64,000 bases of DNA from Thermoanaerobaculia bacterium (GTDB taxonomy: Bacteria > Acidobacteriota > Thermoanaerobaculia > UBA5066 > Gp7-AA6), in the NCBI GenBank assembly GCA_038229875.1, contig JBBROA010000001.1:1955-65954 (forward strand). The letters run 5' to 3'. Position numbers and translations under genes: made by a program. Shown one piece after another: positions 37,264 to 46,200 of the stretch; positions within the stretch are counted from its first letter, which is position 1; every line of letters begins with the position of its first letter. Under the pieces are notes generated by a model. That model was not told the DNA's origin and did no database searches. It saw nothing but the letters and a program-made list of their open reading frames with translations.

Positions 37264-37980
37264 ATGGAGATCCGCGTCTTCGAAAGCGCGGGGGAGGTCG
37301 CGCGGGAGGCGGCGGAGCGGATCGGGGGTGCGCTGCGGCAACGCGGGCCTCGTGTTCTCGTCCTGGCGTCCGGGAAGACAATGGTCCCCGTCTACCGCGA
37401 GCTCGTCCGGCGACACCGGGCCGGACTGGCGCCGTTTTCGAGAGTCATGACGTTCAATCTCGACGAGCTGGCGGTTCCCGCGGCCGATCCGCGCAGCTTC
37501 CGCACGTTCATGGACCGTCACCTGTTTTCGCGTGTCGATCTCGACCCCCGCCGCGTGGGATTTCTGCGCGGCAACGCCCGGGACGCCCTTGCCGAGTGCG
37601 CCCGTTACGAGGAGGAGCTCGCCCGGGCCGGCGGAGCGGACCTCGCGCTCGTCGGAATCGGAGTCAACGGCCACGTGGCTTACCTCGAACCGGGCGAGTC
37701 CCTCGCTCCGGTGACGTCGCCGGTCCGGCTCTCGGCAGAAACGCGCCGGACGCTCGCCGCCGACGGTGTCGTCCCGCCGCCCCGACGGGCACTGACGATG
37801 GGGATCGAAACCATCCTCTCCGCGCGGGCGATCCTTCTGGTCGCGACAGGACGAAGCAAAGCCGCCGCGATCGCGTGTGGTCTGAGAGGCCCGGTGACGG
37901 GAAAGTGTCCGGCCTCCTATCTGTCGCTCCATCCGAAGCTGACGGTCCTGCTCGACCGTTCAGCCGCGCGGCACCTCTAG
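37264..37980 (+). CDS. nagB: Glucosamine-6-phosphate deaminase (NagB family)
   Basis: The start ATG 37264 (MEIRVFESAGEVAREAAERI) was chosen over the track start 37051. Motifs: LASGKTMVPVY, FNLDEL, GIGVNGHVAYLEPG. Confidence 0.85.
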   Translation: MEIRVFESAGEVAREAAERIGGALRQRGPRVLVLASGKTMVPVYRELVRRHRAGLAPFSRVMTFNLDELAVPAADPRSFRTFMDRHLFSRVDLDPRRVGFLRGNARDALAECARYEEELARAGGADLALVGIGVNGHVAYLEPGESLAPVTSPVRLSAETRRTLAADGVVPPPRRALTMGIETILSARAILLVATGRSKAAAIACGLRGPVTGKCPASYLSLHPKLTVLLDRSAARHL

Positions 37981-38029
37981 CGCGAGGACCTCTTACGGAA
38001 TCTTCGCCGACCTAGCCGCCCCCATCCCA

Positions 38030-38050
38030 ACCCTCTCCCGCCGGGAGAGG
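38030..38050. terminator. Perfect 9-bp hairpin in convergent nagB / GT spacer
   Basis: ccctctccc-gcc-gggagaggg. It is followed by further palindromes, e.g. ggcgagcgg...ccgctcgcc around 38110-38150. Confidence 0.5.
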
Positions 38051-38202
38051 GAGCGGAGCTGCGCTTTCGTCGAGCTGGTGGCTAAGCGGGAGCCGCAGCG
38101 AACGAAGGGACGAGGCGAGCGGTCGAGGCCGCATCCGGCCGAGCCGCTCGCCGGTGCCTTCGCCGCAGCGAAGGCACGTCCCGCAGTGAGCGGAGGCGAC
38201 GT

Positions 38203-39456
38203 TTACCCCGCGAGTGCGCTCGATCCGGGGGCTTCGGCGCCTCGCGCTTCGATCGCTTCATCGAGGAGACGGCGGATTCCGGACCACGTTTTTTCCCAGG
38301 AGATCCGGGAGAGGAACGCATCCACGCGCGCGATCCGCTCCTCCGCGTTCTCGGCGAGCGCCGCTTCCACGGCCGCAACGAACTCGGGAACCGTGTCGGC
38401 GATCCGGGCCAGACCCTGCTGGCCGTACGGGCGGACGACGTCGCGGATCGAGGTGGAGACCACGGGCTTGCCCGCGGCGAGGTACTCCGGCGTCTTGGTC
38501 GGGCTGATGAATTTCGTGGATTCGTTCTTCGCGAAGGGAAGCAGCGCCACGTCCCAGCCCGCGACGTAAGACGGCAGATCCTTGTAGGCCTTGCCTCCGA
38601 GGCGATGAACGTTCGGAAGCGCGGGGAAGCTCGACGGATCGATCTTGCACGTGGGACCCAGGAACACGAGCTGCCAGTCGGGCCGCGCCTGCGCGATTCC
38701 GCGGACGAGCCCGAGGTCCATCCTCTCGTCGATGACACCGAAGAACCCGAGACGGGGCCGCGCGATCGGTGCCTGGTCGGCCGGGTCCGCGGAGATCTGT
38801 CGCGCGCTTGCGAAGTGCTTTACGTCGACGCTACTCGGAAACGCGTGGACGTTCGGGTGCAGGTTCTGCTTGGCCTCGTAAAGGCTCTGGCCGCCGGTCA
38901 AGACGAGGTCCGCCCGGACGAGGAGCTCCGCCTCACGCTCCCGAAGCGCCTTCGGAGCGCCGGAAAAGGCGGACAGCTCGTCCATGCAGTCGTAGACGAT
39001 CGTGAGGGGTTCTAAGTGCCGGGAGAAGCCAAGCGCCATCGGCGTGTAGTACCAGAGCACGTAGCGGCGAATCGCGTAGCGCCGCAGAAGCTCGTCTAAG
39101 AGGTCTTTCTGCAGCGAGGTCACCTCGTCCGGCTCGAGCCCCTCCGGAATCCGGGGGACGACGACGTGCACGCCGTTCTCGCGCAGCGAGATCGACAGCG
39201 TCGGGGAAATCCCGGGCGCAAATTCGGGTTCTTCGACGTAAAAAACGCGCGAGTCGCGGGCGAAGCGCGTGAGCAGATGTTGGGGACGCTGGAACACGAA
39301 GTCCCAGCGTAAATGCGAGATGCAGAGGACATCGGGCGCGGGCGATGCCGCAGCCGAAGGATTCTTGCGGGTTTTGACGGGGACTTCGGCGGCGAGGGAG
39401 GTCACGGAAGCGGGGACACGGTTCCCTCGCGGCGTTTGGATGGCTCGGTTTTCCAT
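38203..39456 (-). CDS. Glycosyltransferase, GT1/GT4-like (family often linked to UDP-galactopyranose mutase genes)
   Basis: 417 aa with the N-terminal hallmark CISHLRWDFVFQRPQHLLTRFA and a C-terminal GT-B half FISPTKTPEYLAAGKPVVST. Confidence 0.8.
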   Translation of the reverse strand: MENRAIQTPRGNRVPASVTSLAAEVPVKTRKNPSAAASPAPDVLCISHLRWDFVFQRPQHLLTRFARDSRVFYVEEPEFAPGISPTLSISLRENGVHVVVPRIPEGLEPDEVTSLQKDLLDELLRRYAIRRYVLWYYTPMALGFSRHLEPLTIVYDCMDELSAFSGAPKALREREAELLVRADLVLTGGQSLYEAKQNLHPNVHAFPSSVDVKHFASARQISADPADQAPIARPRLGFFGVIDERMDLGLVRGIAQARPDWQLVFLGPTCKIDPSSFPALPNVHRLGGKAYKDLPSYVAGWDVALLPFAKNESTKFISPTKTPEYLAAGKPVVSTSIRDVVRPYGQQGLARIADTVPEFVAAVEAALAENAEERIARVDAFLSRISWEKTWSGIRRLLDEAIEARGAEAPGSSALAG

Positions 39457-39538
39457 GCGGGAGAGTGTTTCAAGATCCGTGCCGGTTGTAGACCTCTCAG
39501 CGCGTACGACTTAGGGCCCCCGGGAGGTCGTGTCCTGG

Positions 39539-40741
39539 TCAGTTTTCCGATCGCGAAACGACCACCAGCCGGGCGTCCGGCGCCCCTTTCTCCCGGGAGC
39601 GTTCAACGATCCGCGAACCGAGCTCTTCTTTGGCCTCTCTGCCCGCGAGGACGACCACGCTGCCTCCGAAGCCGCCGCCCGTCAACCTCGCCCCGAGGAC
39701 GCCCGCCTCGCCACGCGCGGCGTGCACGATCGCGTCGACGGCCGGCACCGAGACCTCGAAGTCGTCCCGCTCCGAGTCGTGCGAGGCGTCGAAGAGCCGG
39801 CCGAGGCCGCGCAGGTCTTCCGCCTTCAGCGCCGCGACCGCGTCGAGGACTCGCGCGTTCTCGGTGACCACGTGACGGGCCCGGCGGCGAAGCGGCTCGG
39901 GGAGCGCCTCGAGCTCCGCCCGCCGGTCCGGGGGAAAGTCCCGCAGTTCCCGCACACCGAGGCGGCGGGCCGCGTCCTCGCACTCCGCGCGCCTCTTCCG
40001 GTAGTCCCCCGCCGCGTGGTCGTGCCGCACGCCGGAGTCGATAACGAGGACCTCGGCGCTCCCAGGGATCGGGATGCGCTCCGTGCGAAGAGTGCGCGTG
40101 TCCAGGAAAAGCGCGACTCCGACTTCCGCCAGGCTCGACGCCATCTGGTCCATGACCCCGACGGGGGCGCCGACGAGGTCGTTCTCGGCACGCTGCCCCG
40201 CCAGGGCAATCGCCACGTCGTCCAGAGGGAGTCCGGCGAGCTCGCGAAGCGCGCGCAGCACCGAGACCTCCAGCGCGGCGCTCGAAGAGAGGCCGCTCCC
40301 CACCGGGACCGTCGATCGCAGCCAGAAGTCGAATCCGGGCACCTCGAGTCCCTGACGCGCGAGCTCCGCCGTTACGCCCTGCACGTAATCGATCCAGGCG
40401 CCGCGGCGGGCCTCCTGGCCGAGGACGTACTCCGAGAACCCGCCGCCGTCCGCCTCCGCGCTCCCCCCGCGCACGTGCCGGTCCCTCCGCCGGCCGATTT
40501 CCGCGCACGTCTTCTGTGGGATCGCGGTCGGGAGGACGAACCCCCCGTTGTAGTCGGTGTGCTCGCCGATCAGGTTGACCCGCCCGGGGGCGTCGGCGGC
40601 CACATCCGGTTCCCGGCCGAAGACCTGGCGGAAATCCAGCGCGCCGGGGTCAGGTTTCGTCGTCGTCGCTGCCAAGCGTGACCTCGACGCGCCGCAGCTC
40701 GGCGGCCTTCTCCTCCGGGAGGGTGTCGGCGGTGAATGCAC
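39539..40741 (-). CDS. galK: Galactokinase
   Basis: APGRVNLIGEHTDYNGGFVLP, GSGLSSSAALEV and LTGGGFGGSVVVL. The true start may be TTG 40675, since ATG 40741 overlaps galT by 92 nt. Confidence 0.92.
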   Translation of the reverse strand: MHSPPTPSRRRRPPSCGASRSRLAATTTKPDPGALDFRQVFGREPDVAADAPGRVNLIGEHTDYNGGFVLPTAIPQKTCAEIGRRRDRHVRGGSAEADGGGFSEYVLGQEARRGAWIDYVQGVTAELARQGLEVPGFDFWLRSTVPVGSGLSSSAALEVSVLRALRELAGLPLDDVAIALAGQRAENDLVGAPVGVMDQMASSLAEVGVALFLDTRTLRTERIPIPGSAEVLVIDSGVRHDHAAGDYRKRRAECEDAARRLGVRELRDFPPDRRAELEALPEPLRRRARHVVTENARVLDAVAALKAEDLRGLGRLFDASHDSERDDFEVSVPAVDAIVHAARGEAGVLGARLTGGGFGGSVVVLAGREAKEELGSRIVERSREKGAPDARLVVVSRSEN

Positions 40742-41753
40742 CCGCGCCGATTTCGCTGCCGGCGAGATACTTCAGCCGGTCCTTCATCCGGTACGGCGGA
40801 TAGAACTCGATGTGAAGGTGCGCTTCCGGATGCGGCCACCCGTCCGTCGGGGCCTGATGGAATGCGAGGATGTACGGGAACGGCTTTCTCCAGAGACCGT
40901 CGTACTGCAGCAGGACCGTTTTCAGAGCGCGCGCGAAGTCCCCGCGCTCGACCGGCGTCAGGTCCGCGACGCTCGGCGCGGGCCGCCGGGGAGCGACCCA
41001 TACCTCGTACGCATAGCGCGCGAAGACTGGCACCCAGGCGACGGCGTGCGGGCCGGAGTAGAGAATGCGGCGGCCGTCCGCGAGCTCCGCCGCGATCGTC
41101 TCGTCCAGAAGGCCGCGGCCCGTGGCGCGAAAGTGCTCCCCCTGGAGCTCGAGCTCGCGCGCCGGGATCGGTGGCACGAAGGGGTACGCGTAGATCTGCC
41201 CGTGCGGGTGAGAGAGCGTCACACCCACCTCGACGCCGCGGTTCTCGAATGGGAACACGTACTGCACATCGTCGCGCGCACCCAGGACGCGGTAGCGATC
41301 GGCCCAGACTTCGAGGAGGAGCTCCAGATGCGCGAGCGGAAGCGCCCCCAGGCTCGACTTCGGGTCCTGCGTGAACACGACCACTTCGCAGGCGCCTTTC
41401 GCCGGGCGCGTCTCGACGATCTCGGGCGCCGGGTCGTGCGACTCGGAGCTCAAAGTGGGGAACAGGTTTTCGAAGACCGCGGCGTCCCAGTCGCCGGCGG
41501 GCACCTCGGTCGGGTGCTCGGAGCTCGGCGCGAGAGGGTTGTATTGCGGCGGGGGCAGAAACGTCCGGTTCTGACGGTGCGTGGCGTAGGCCACCCACTC
41601 CCCGCGCAGCGAGTGCCACCGAAGATGCGAATTGGGGTGGAGGGGGGTTTTTTCGGGGCTCGGCGCTTCGATCTCTTCGGGAATCGGGCGGCGGGAGTAA
41701 AGGACCAGCCGCCGCCCGTCCGGCTTGATCAGCTCGCGCCAGTGGATCGTCAC
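40650..41753 (-). CDS. galT: Galactose-1-phosphate uridylyltransferase
   Basis: 367 aa with the HxHxQ active site LSHPHGQIYAYPFVPP. Confidence 0.92.
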   Translation of the reverse strand: MTIHWRELIKPDGRRLVLYSRRPIPEEIEAPSPEKTPLHPNSHLRWHSLRGEWVAYATHRQNRTFLPPPQYNPLAPSSEHPTEVPAGDWDAAVFENLFPTLSSESHDPAPEIVETRPAKGACEVVVFTQDPKSSLGALPLAHLELLLEVWADRYRVLGARDDVQYVFPFENRGVEVGVTLSHPHGQIYAYPFVPPIPARELELQGEHFRATGRGLLDETIAAELADGRRILYSGPHAVAWVPVFARYAYEVWVAPRRPAPSVADLTPVERGDFARALKTVLLQYDGLWRKPFPYILAFHQAPTDGWPHPEAHLHIEFYPPYRMKDRLKYLAGSEIGAGAFTADTLPEEKAAELRRVEVTLGSDDDET

Positions 41754-43561
41754 TCAGAGCCCTCGTCGACGTTCGACTCGGGCTCCTCGCCCACGTTCGG
41801 GGGCGGCTCACCGCGGTCGAGAAAGGGGAGACTGTTCTGGCTCGGAGAAGGAACGACGGCAGACGTCGCCGCCCCGCGCGTCGCCTCGGCGATGACCTCG
41901 AGCGGGATCTTCGGAGTGCGGTCGGCGTAAAGAAGCCCGTTCGCCTCCTGGTACGTGTCCGCGAACTGGGTGTAGCAGAATCCGGCGAACAGACCGATCG
42001 AGCGCACGGCGTCCAGCAGCTTGCAATAGTTGTCCGCGAACGCTCCGGCGCTGCCCGCCCGCGAATATCCCCACGTCCTCGCAGTGTCCCGCGAATACGC
42101 CATCCCTCCGAACTCGGAGAGCACGATCGGATGATCGGTCTGTCCCTCGAGGACGAGGAGCCTTCCGCCGGGACGTTCGCGCTGAAAGAGCCGCGGCGAA
42201 ACGTCTTCGGTCAGGTACCGGCGCGCGATGGTCTCGGGGTTCGGGTCGTAGTCGTGGATTCCGATGATGTCCGTCGCGACGCTCTCCCATCCGTCGTTTC
42301 CGACCACCGGCCGCGTGGGATCCAGAGTCTTGGTCAAGTGGTACAGCCCGCGGACGTAGTGCCGCTCCTTCGGGCTGTCCGGCAAGTTCGGCACCCCCCA
42401 AGATTCGTTGAACGGGACGAGCCCGATGACACAGGGATGGCTGTAGTCGCGCTTCAGGGCGTCGGTCCACTCGCGGGTCACCCGTTCGATCGAACGGTCC
42501 GTGTAGCGGTACGCGCTCGGCATCTCGAGCCACACCGCGAGGCCGAGAACGTCCGCCCAGAAGAGGTAGCGGGGGTCCTCGATCTTCTGATGCTTGCGGA
42601 CGCCGTTGAACCCCATCGCCCGGGCGAGCTCAACGTCGCGGCGCAGCGCGGCGTCTTCAGGAGCGGTCAGTCCCGTTTCCGGCCAGTAGCCCTGGTCGAG
42701 GATCATCCGGAGGTTGTAAGGACGTCCGTTCAAGAGAAGGCGGTCGCCCTGCACCGCGATCGATCGGATCGCCGTGTAGCTGCGGACGGAGTCGATGAGG
42801 TCTCCGCGTCCGGCCCACAGCTGGAGCTCGACGTCGATCAGCTGCGGCCGCGCGGGGCTCCAGAGGAGCTCGTTCCTGTAGTCATCGATTCCGGGATCGG
42901 AGAGAGCGATGCGGCGGTGGACTTCTCCCGCGATGACGCGATAGCTGTCGTCGGCGAGGAGGACGTTGTTCGCGCGCAGCTTGACCGACAGCCAGAGGCC
43001 CTCCGGCGGCTTTCCGCCGAGCCGCGCCTCGAGTCCGATCTCCCAGCGTTCGAGGTTCGGCGTCCAGCGGATCTCCTCGATCCAGGCCGACGGCACGCGC
43101 TCGAGCCAGACCGTCTGCCAGATTCCGGTGGTCCGCGGATACCAGATCGAGTGCGGCTGGAGCTGCCAGTCCTGCTTGCCGCGCGGCTTGGCGAGGTCGG
43201 TCGGGTCGTCCTCCGCGCGCACGATGATCTCGAGCACGTGCGATCCCGCGAGGTACTCGGTGGTGTCGACGGTGAACGAGGTGTAACCGCCTTCGTGGAA
43301 CGCCGCGCGGGCGCCGTTGATCCACACCGTCGCTCCGTAGTCGACGGCCCCGAAGTGCAGGAGGAGACGCTGGCCGGGCGCGAGATGCGGCGCCGCGATC
43401 TGCCTCCGGTACCAGCAGGCTCGATAAAACCCGGTGTCTCCGATTCCGCTCGCCGGAGTTTCCGGAGAGAAGGGAACCCGGATGGTCCTCGTCCAGCGCA
43501 CCTGGGCCGGGCCCCCCCAGTCGGCGTCGGGATCGATCGCGAAATCCCAGTCGCCGTTCAA
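41750..43561 (-). CDS. Glycoside hydrolase family 2 (beta-galactosidase-like; specificity unknown)
   Basis: NGVRKHQKIEDPRYLFWADVLGLAVWLEMP and FNESWGVPN. 4-nt overlap with the galT start. The reading frame stays open to 43696, and a conserved-looking segment HAYPRPQLQRSGWISL lies upstream of the TTG at 43561 (see finding). Confidence 0.85.
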   Translation of the reverse strand: MNGDWDFAIDPDADWGGPAQVRWTRTIRVPFSPETPASGIGDTGFYRACWYRRQIAAPHLAPGQRLLLHFGAVDYGATVWINGARAAFHEGGYTSFTVDTTEYLAGSHVLEIIVRAEDDPTDLAKPRGKQDWQLQPHSIWYPRTTGIWQTVWLERVPSAWIEEIRWTPNLERWEIGLEARLGGKPPEGLWLSVKLRANNVLLADDSYRVIAGEVHRRIALSDPGIDDYRNELLWSPARPQLIDVELQLWAGRGDLIDSVRSYTAIRSIAVQGDRLLLNGRPYNLRMILDQGYWPETGLTAPEDAALRRDVELARAMGFNGVRKHQKIEDPRYLFWADVLGLAVWLEMPSAYRYTDRSIERVTREWTDALKRDYSHPCVIGLVPFNESWGVPNLPDSPKERHYVRGLYHLTKTLDPTRPVVGNDGWESVATDIIGIHDYDPNPETIARRYLTEDVSPRLFQRERPGGRLLVLEGQTDHPIVLSEFGGMAYSRDTARTWGYSRAGSAGAFADNYCKLLDAVRSIGLFAGFCYTQFADTYQEANGLLYADRTPKIPLEVIAEATRGAATSAVVPSPSQNSLPFLDRGEPPPNVGEEPESNVDEGSE

Positions 43562-43775
43562 CGAGATCCAGCCGGAGCGTTGAAGCTGCGGGCGCGGATA
43601 CGCGTGCCCCTCCGGGCGGGGCGCGATTCCCCGCCGGAACGGCTCAGCGCTCCGTTTGCTTTTCGCCCTTGGTCTCTTCCTCGTGACGACCAGAAATCAA
43701 CCTCTCCGTGCGAGCGTAACCGCCTTTGTCGGCGGTGGCGACTCCTTCTCGCCAGGGTCGGAAAATTGTCTGAAG

Positions 43776-43799
43776 GATGAGAACAATCAATTTCTCATC
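43776..43799 (-). terminator. Perfect 8-bp hairpin overlapping the murQ stop codon
   Basis: gatgagaa-caatcaat-ttctcatc. It sits in a locally AT-rich patch between murQ and the GH2 gene. Confidence 0.4.
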
Positions 43800-44763
43800 C
43801 CGGCGGAGATTGTTTGTGCCTCGGCGAGCCAGCCGGGTCGTCGCCGCCGGATTCCGGTTTTCCGAGTGCCGCGCGCAGGTGGCCTCCGGAGCGGACGAGC
43901 CGCTCCCGCGCCTGTTGCGGCGTCGCTCCGGTCTTTGCCATGAGGATCGCGGTCTTCACCTCCCCGTCCGCGCGGGAGAGGAGGGCCGCCGCTCGGCGCG
44001 GCGTGGTCTGTCCGGCGCCCGCGACGATCCGGCGCGCGCGGTCGCGCAGCTTCGCGGAGCCGGGGCGCAGGTCCACCATCCAGGGGCCGAACACTTTCCC
44101 GGAGGCCGCGAGAGCGGCCGTCGTGATCTGGTTCAACGCGAGCTTGGTCGCAGTGCCGGCCTTGAGGCGCGTTGATCCCGCGAGCACCTCAGGCCCGACG
44201 GACAGGCGGACGACGACCCGGGCGAGCGCTTCAATCGCCCGGCTCCGACTGGCCGTCACGAGTACCGTTCCGGCACCCTGCCGCTTCGCGCGCTCGAGCG
44301 CCCCCCGGACAAACGGAGTGACGGAGCTCGCCGACACCCCGATCGCGAGATCACCGGCGGAGAGACGCGCCGCCCCCGCCCCGCCCTCGTCCTCGCGATC
44401 CTCGGCGCCTTCGCGCGCGCGGAAGACCGCGGACCGGCCGCCGGCGATGACCGCGCGCACCCGCCGCGGGTCGGTGCCGAAGGTCGGCGGCAACTCGGCC
44501 GCTTCGATCACCGCGAGCCGCCCGCTCGTCCCGGCGCCGAACAGAACGCAGGTTCCCCCCGAGAGAAACGTCTCGCGGAACAGTTCTGCCGCCTGCACGA
44601 TCTGGGGGCGCGCCCGGACGAGCGCCGCGACGACGGCCCGATCCTCGCCCTGCATGAGGCGAACGATGCCCGGGATGCCGATCGCGTCGAGACGGCCCGC
44701 GCGCGGGTGAACCGCCTCCGTCGCAAGCCGCTGCCAGGAAGGTTTCTGCGAGCGGGCTTTCAC
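43795..44763 (-). CDS. murQ: N-acetylmuramic acid 6-phosphate etherase
   Basis: 322 aa with a SIS domain: LATEAVHPRAGRLDAI..., GAGTSGRLAVIEAAELPPTFG, STRLKAGTATKLALN. Confidence 0.9.
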   Translation of the reverse strand: MKARSQKPSWQRLATEAVHPRAGRLDAIGIPGIVRLMQGEDRAVVAALVRARPQIVQAAELFRETFLSGGTCVLFGAGTSGRLAVIEAAELPPTFGTDPRRVRAVIAGGRSAVFRAREGAEDREDEGGAGAARLSAGDLAIGVSASSVTPFVRGALERAKRQGAGTVLVTASRSRAIEALARVVVRLSVGPEVLAGSTRLKAGTATKLALNQITTAALAASGKVFGPWMVDLRPGSAKLRDRARRIVAGAGQTTPRRAAALLSRADGEVKTAILMAKTGATPQQARERLVRSGGHLRAALGKPESGGDDPAGSPRHKQSPPG

Positions 44764-44835
44764 GTCCGGGAAGTCTAGCCCGGTTCATCGAGCGCGCTCG
44801 TGGACGTCGGCGTCGGCGTCGAATCGAAAACTACG

Positions 44836-46017
44836 TCAGCGCGGGAGTGGATTGCGTCGAGGACCGCCCGGCGAGCGGGGATCGCGCGCTTCCGGCGGCA
44901 GGGGCACTCTGGCGGGAGGGCCCGAACGGGGGAGGCGCCGCAGAGCGGGTTCCGCGGCCGCCTCGGGCTCCAGTCGGGACAGCGCGAGCTCCCACTCTTC
45001 GTCCTCCGAGAGCCGCGGCTTGGCCGGTATCTCACCGGCTGGCGGCGATTCGGCGGGCCCCGCGGGTTCGGTCTCCATCCGACGCGCGACGAAGGCCGCG
45101 AGAGCCCGGCTGGACGGTTGAAGGCGGCCGGCGACCAGCACGCCTCCGATGTCGCGGCGAAGCCGGGTGGCCGAAGGCCTCTTCGAGGCGGTTCGGGAGA
45201 GCGCGCCGCGAAGCAGCTCCGCCACTCCCGGCGGATAAATCTCACCGGTTCCGATCGCTTCGGCCGCCGCGCGCCCGGGAGGCCGGGTGCCCGACAGCAG
45301 GTGCAGGAGCACGGCGCCCACGGAGTAAACGTCCGCCCCTGGCTCGGAGACGGCGTGCTCGCGCGCCTCGGGAGCGAGGTAGGGTCCGATCTCCGTCTCG
45401 AGTTTCGGAGCGGCCGACCATGGGAGCACGGCCGGCGCGATCCCGAACCCTCCCACGCGGACGTCCCCGGCCGCACCGATCGTGACGAATCCCGGCCACA
45501 GGAGACCGTGCGAGCAGGACGCTCCGGGGCCGCCCCGCGCCGCGTGTTCCAGCGCCAGCGCGAGCCGGTCGGCGATCAGCAGGGCGTGCGCGGGAGGAAG
45601 CCGCGCGCCCCTGCGCGAAGCGGAGGTCAGCACCTGATCCAGAGCATGCCCGTGCGACTCATCCCAGGCCACCCAGGGAACCCCGTCGTGAAGCCCGGCG
45701 CGAGAGTTGCCCGCCAGGACGGGGCTGACCGGAAGCGGGTGTTTTTCAGCCAGGGCGCGGACGGCGGACGCCGCGCGGTCCCGAGAGACCTCCGCACCGT
45801 CGAGGATCCGGAGCCGGACGAAACCCTCCGGCTTCTCTTCGAGAGAGAGCGCGCGGTACACGGCCCCGAGGGGATCGCGGGAGAGAAGCGAGGTGGCGAG
45901 GAATCCGGCAAAGCGCCGTGGAAGCTCGGATTTGGAGCCGCCTGTCCCTCGTTCCGCGGTTCCCTGGGGAAACATCGCTCGGATCGCTGCAAGAGCCGCA
46001 CCGGGTGTGTGGGACAA
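44836..46017 (-). CDS. Ser/Thr protein-kinase-like protein with degenerate catalytic motifs (predicted pseudokinase)
   Basis: The kinase C-lobe is recognisable (YLAPEAREH, ADVYSVGAVLLHLLSGTRPP). However, VAIK becomes FVRLRIL, HRDLKPxN becomes SHGLLWPGFV, and DFG becomes GFG. Confidence 0.65.
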   Translation of the reverse strand: MSHTPGAALAAIRAMFPQGTAERGTGGSKSELPRRFAGFLATSLLSRDPLGAVYRALSLEEKPEGFVRLRILDGAEVSRDRAASAVRALAEKHPLPVSPVLAGNSRAGLHDGVPWVAWDESHGHALDQVLTSASRRGARLPPAHALLIADRLALALEHAARGGPGASCSHGLLWPGFVTIGAAGDVRVGGFGIAPAVLPWSAAPKLETEIGPYLAPEAREHAVSEPGADVYSVGAVLLHLLSGTRPPGRAAAEAIGTGEIYPPGVAELLRGALSRTASKRPSATRLRRDIGGVLVAGRLQPSSRALAAFVARRMETEPAGPAESPPAGEIPAKPRLSEDEEWELALSRLEPEAAAEPALRRLPRSGPPARVPLPPEARDPRSPGGPRRNPLPR

Positions 46018-46200
46018 TGTCTGAAGCTTTCACAACTCGGACCCGCCTCACCGCGCCGCGTGCGGAGCATCGAAGCGTCGGGCGCGTTCTTTGCAGTCTC
46101 GGACTATCGAACGCCTTCTCGCTCTATTTGCACGCTTTGCGCACACCGGATCGTCTCGGTCTCGGGCTCGTCAACGGCGGTTCCCAAGGAGATACGGACC

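Noticed and set aside
44800-46200. The 5' 467 codons of track ORF 44800-48924, which would make a 1374-aa protein.
   Set aside because: This part is antisense to the kinase-like gene and reads as junk. A proper ATG with AAGGAG and a signal peptide begins at 46201.
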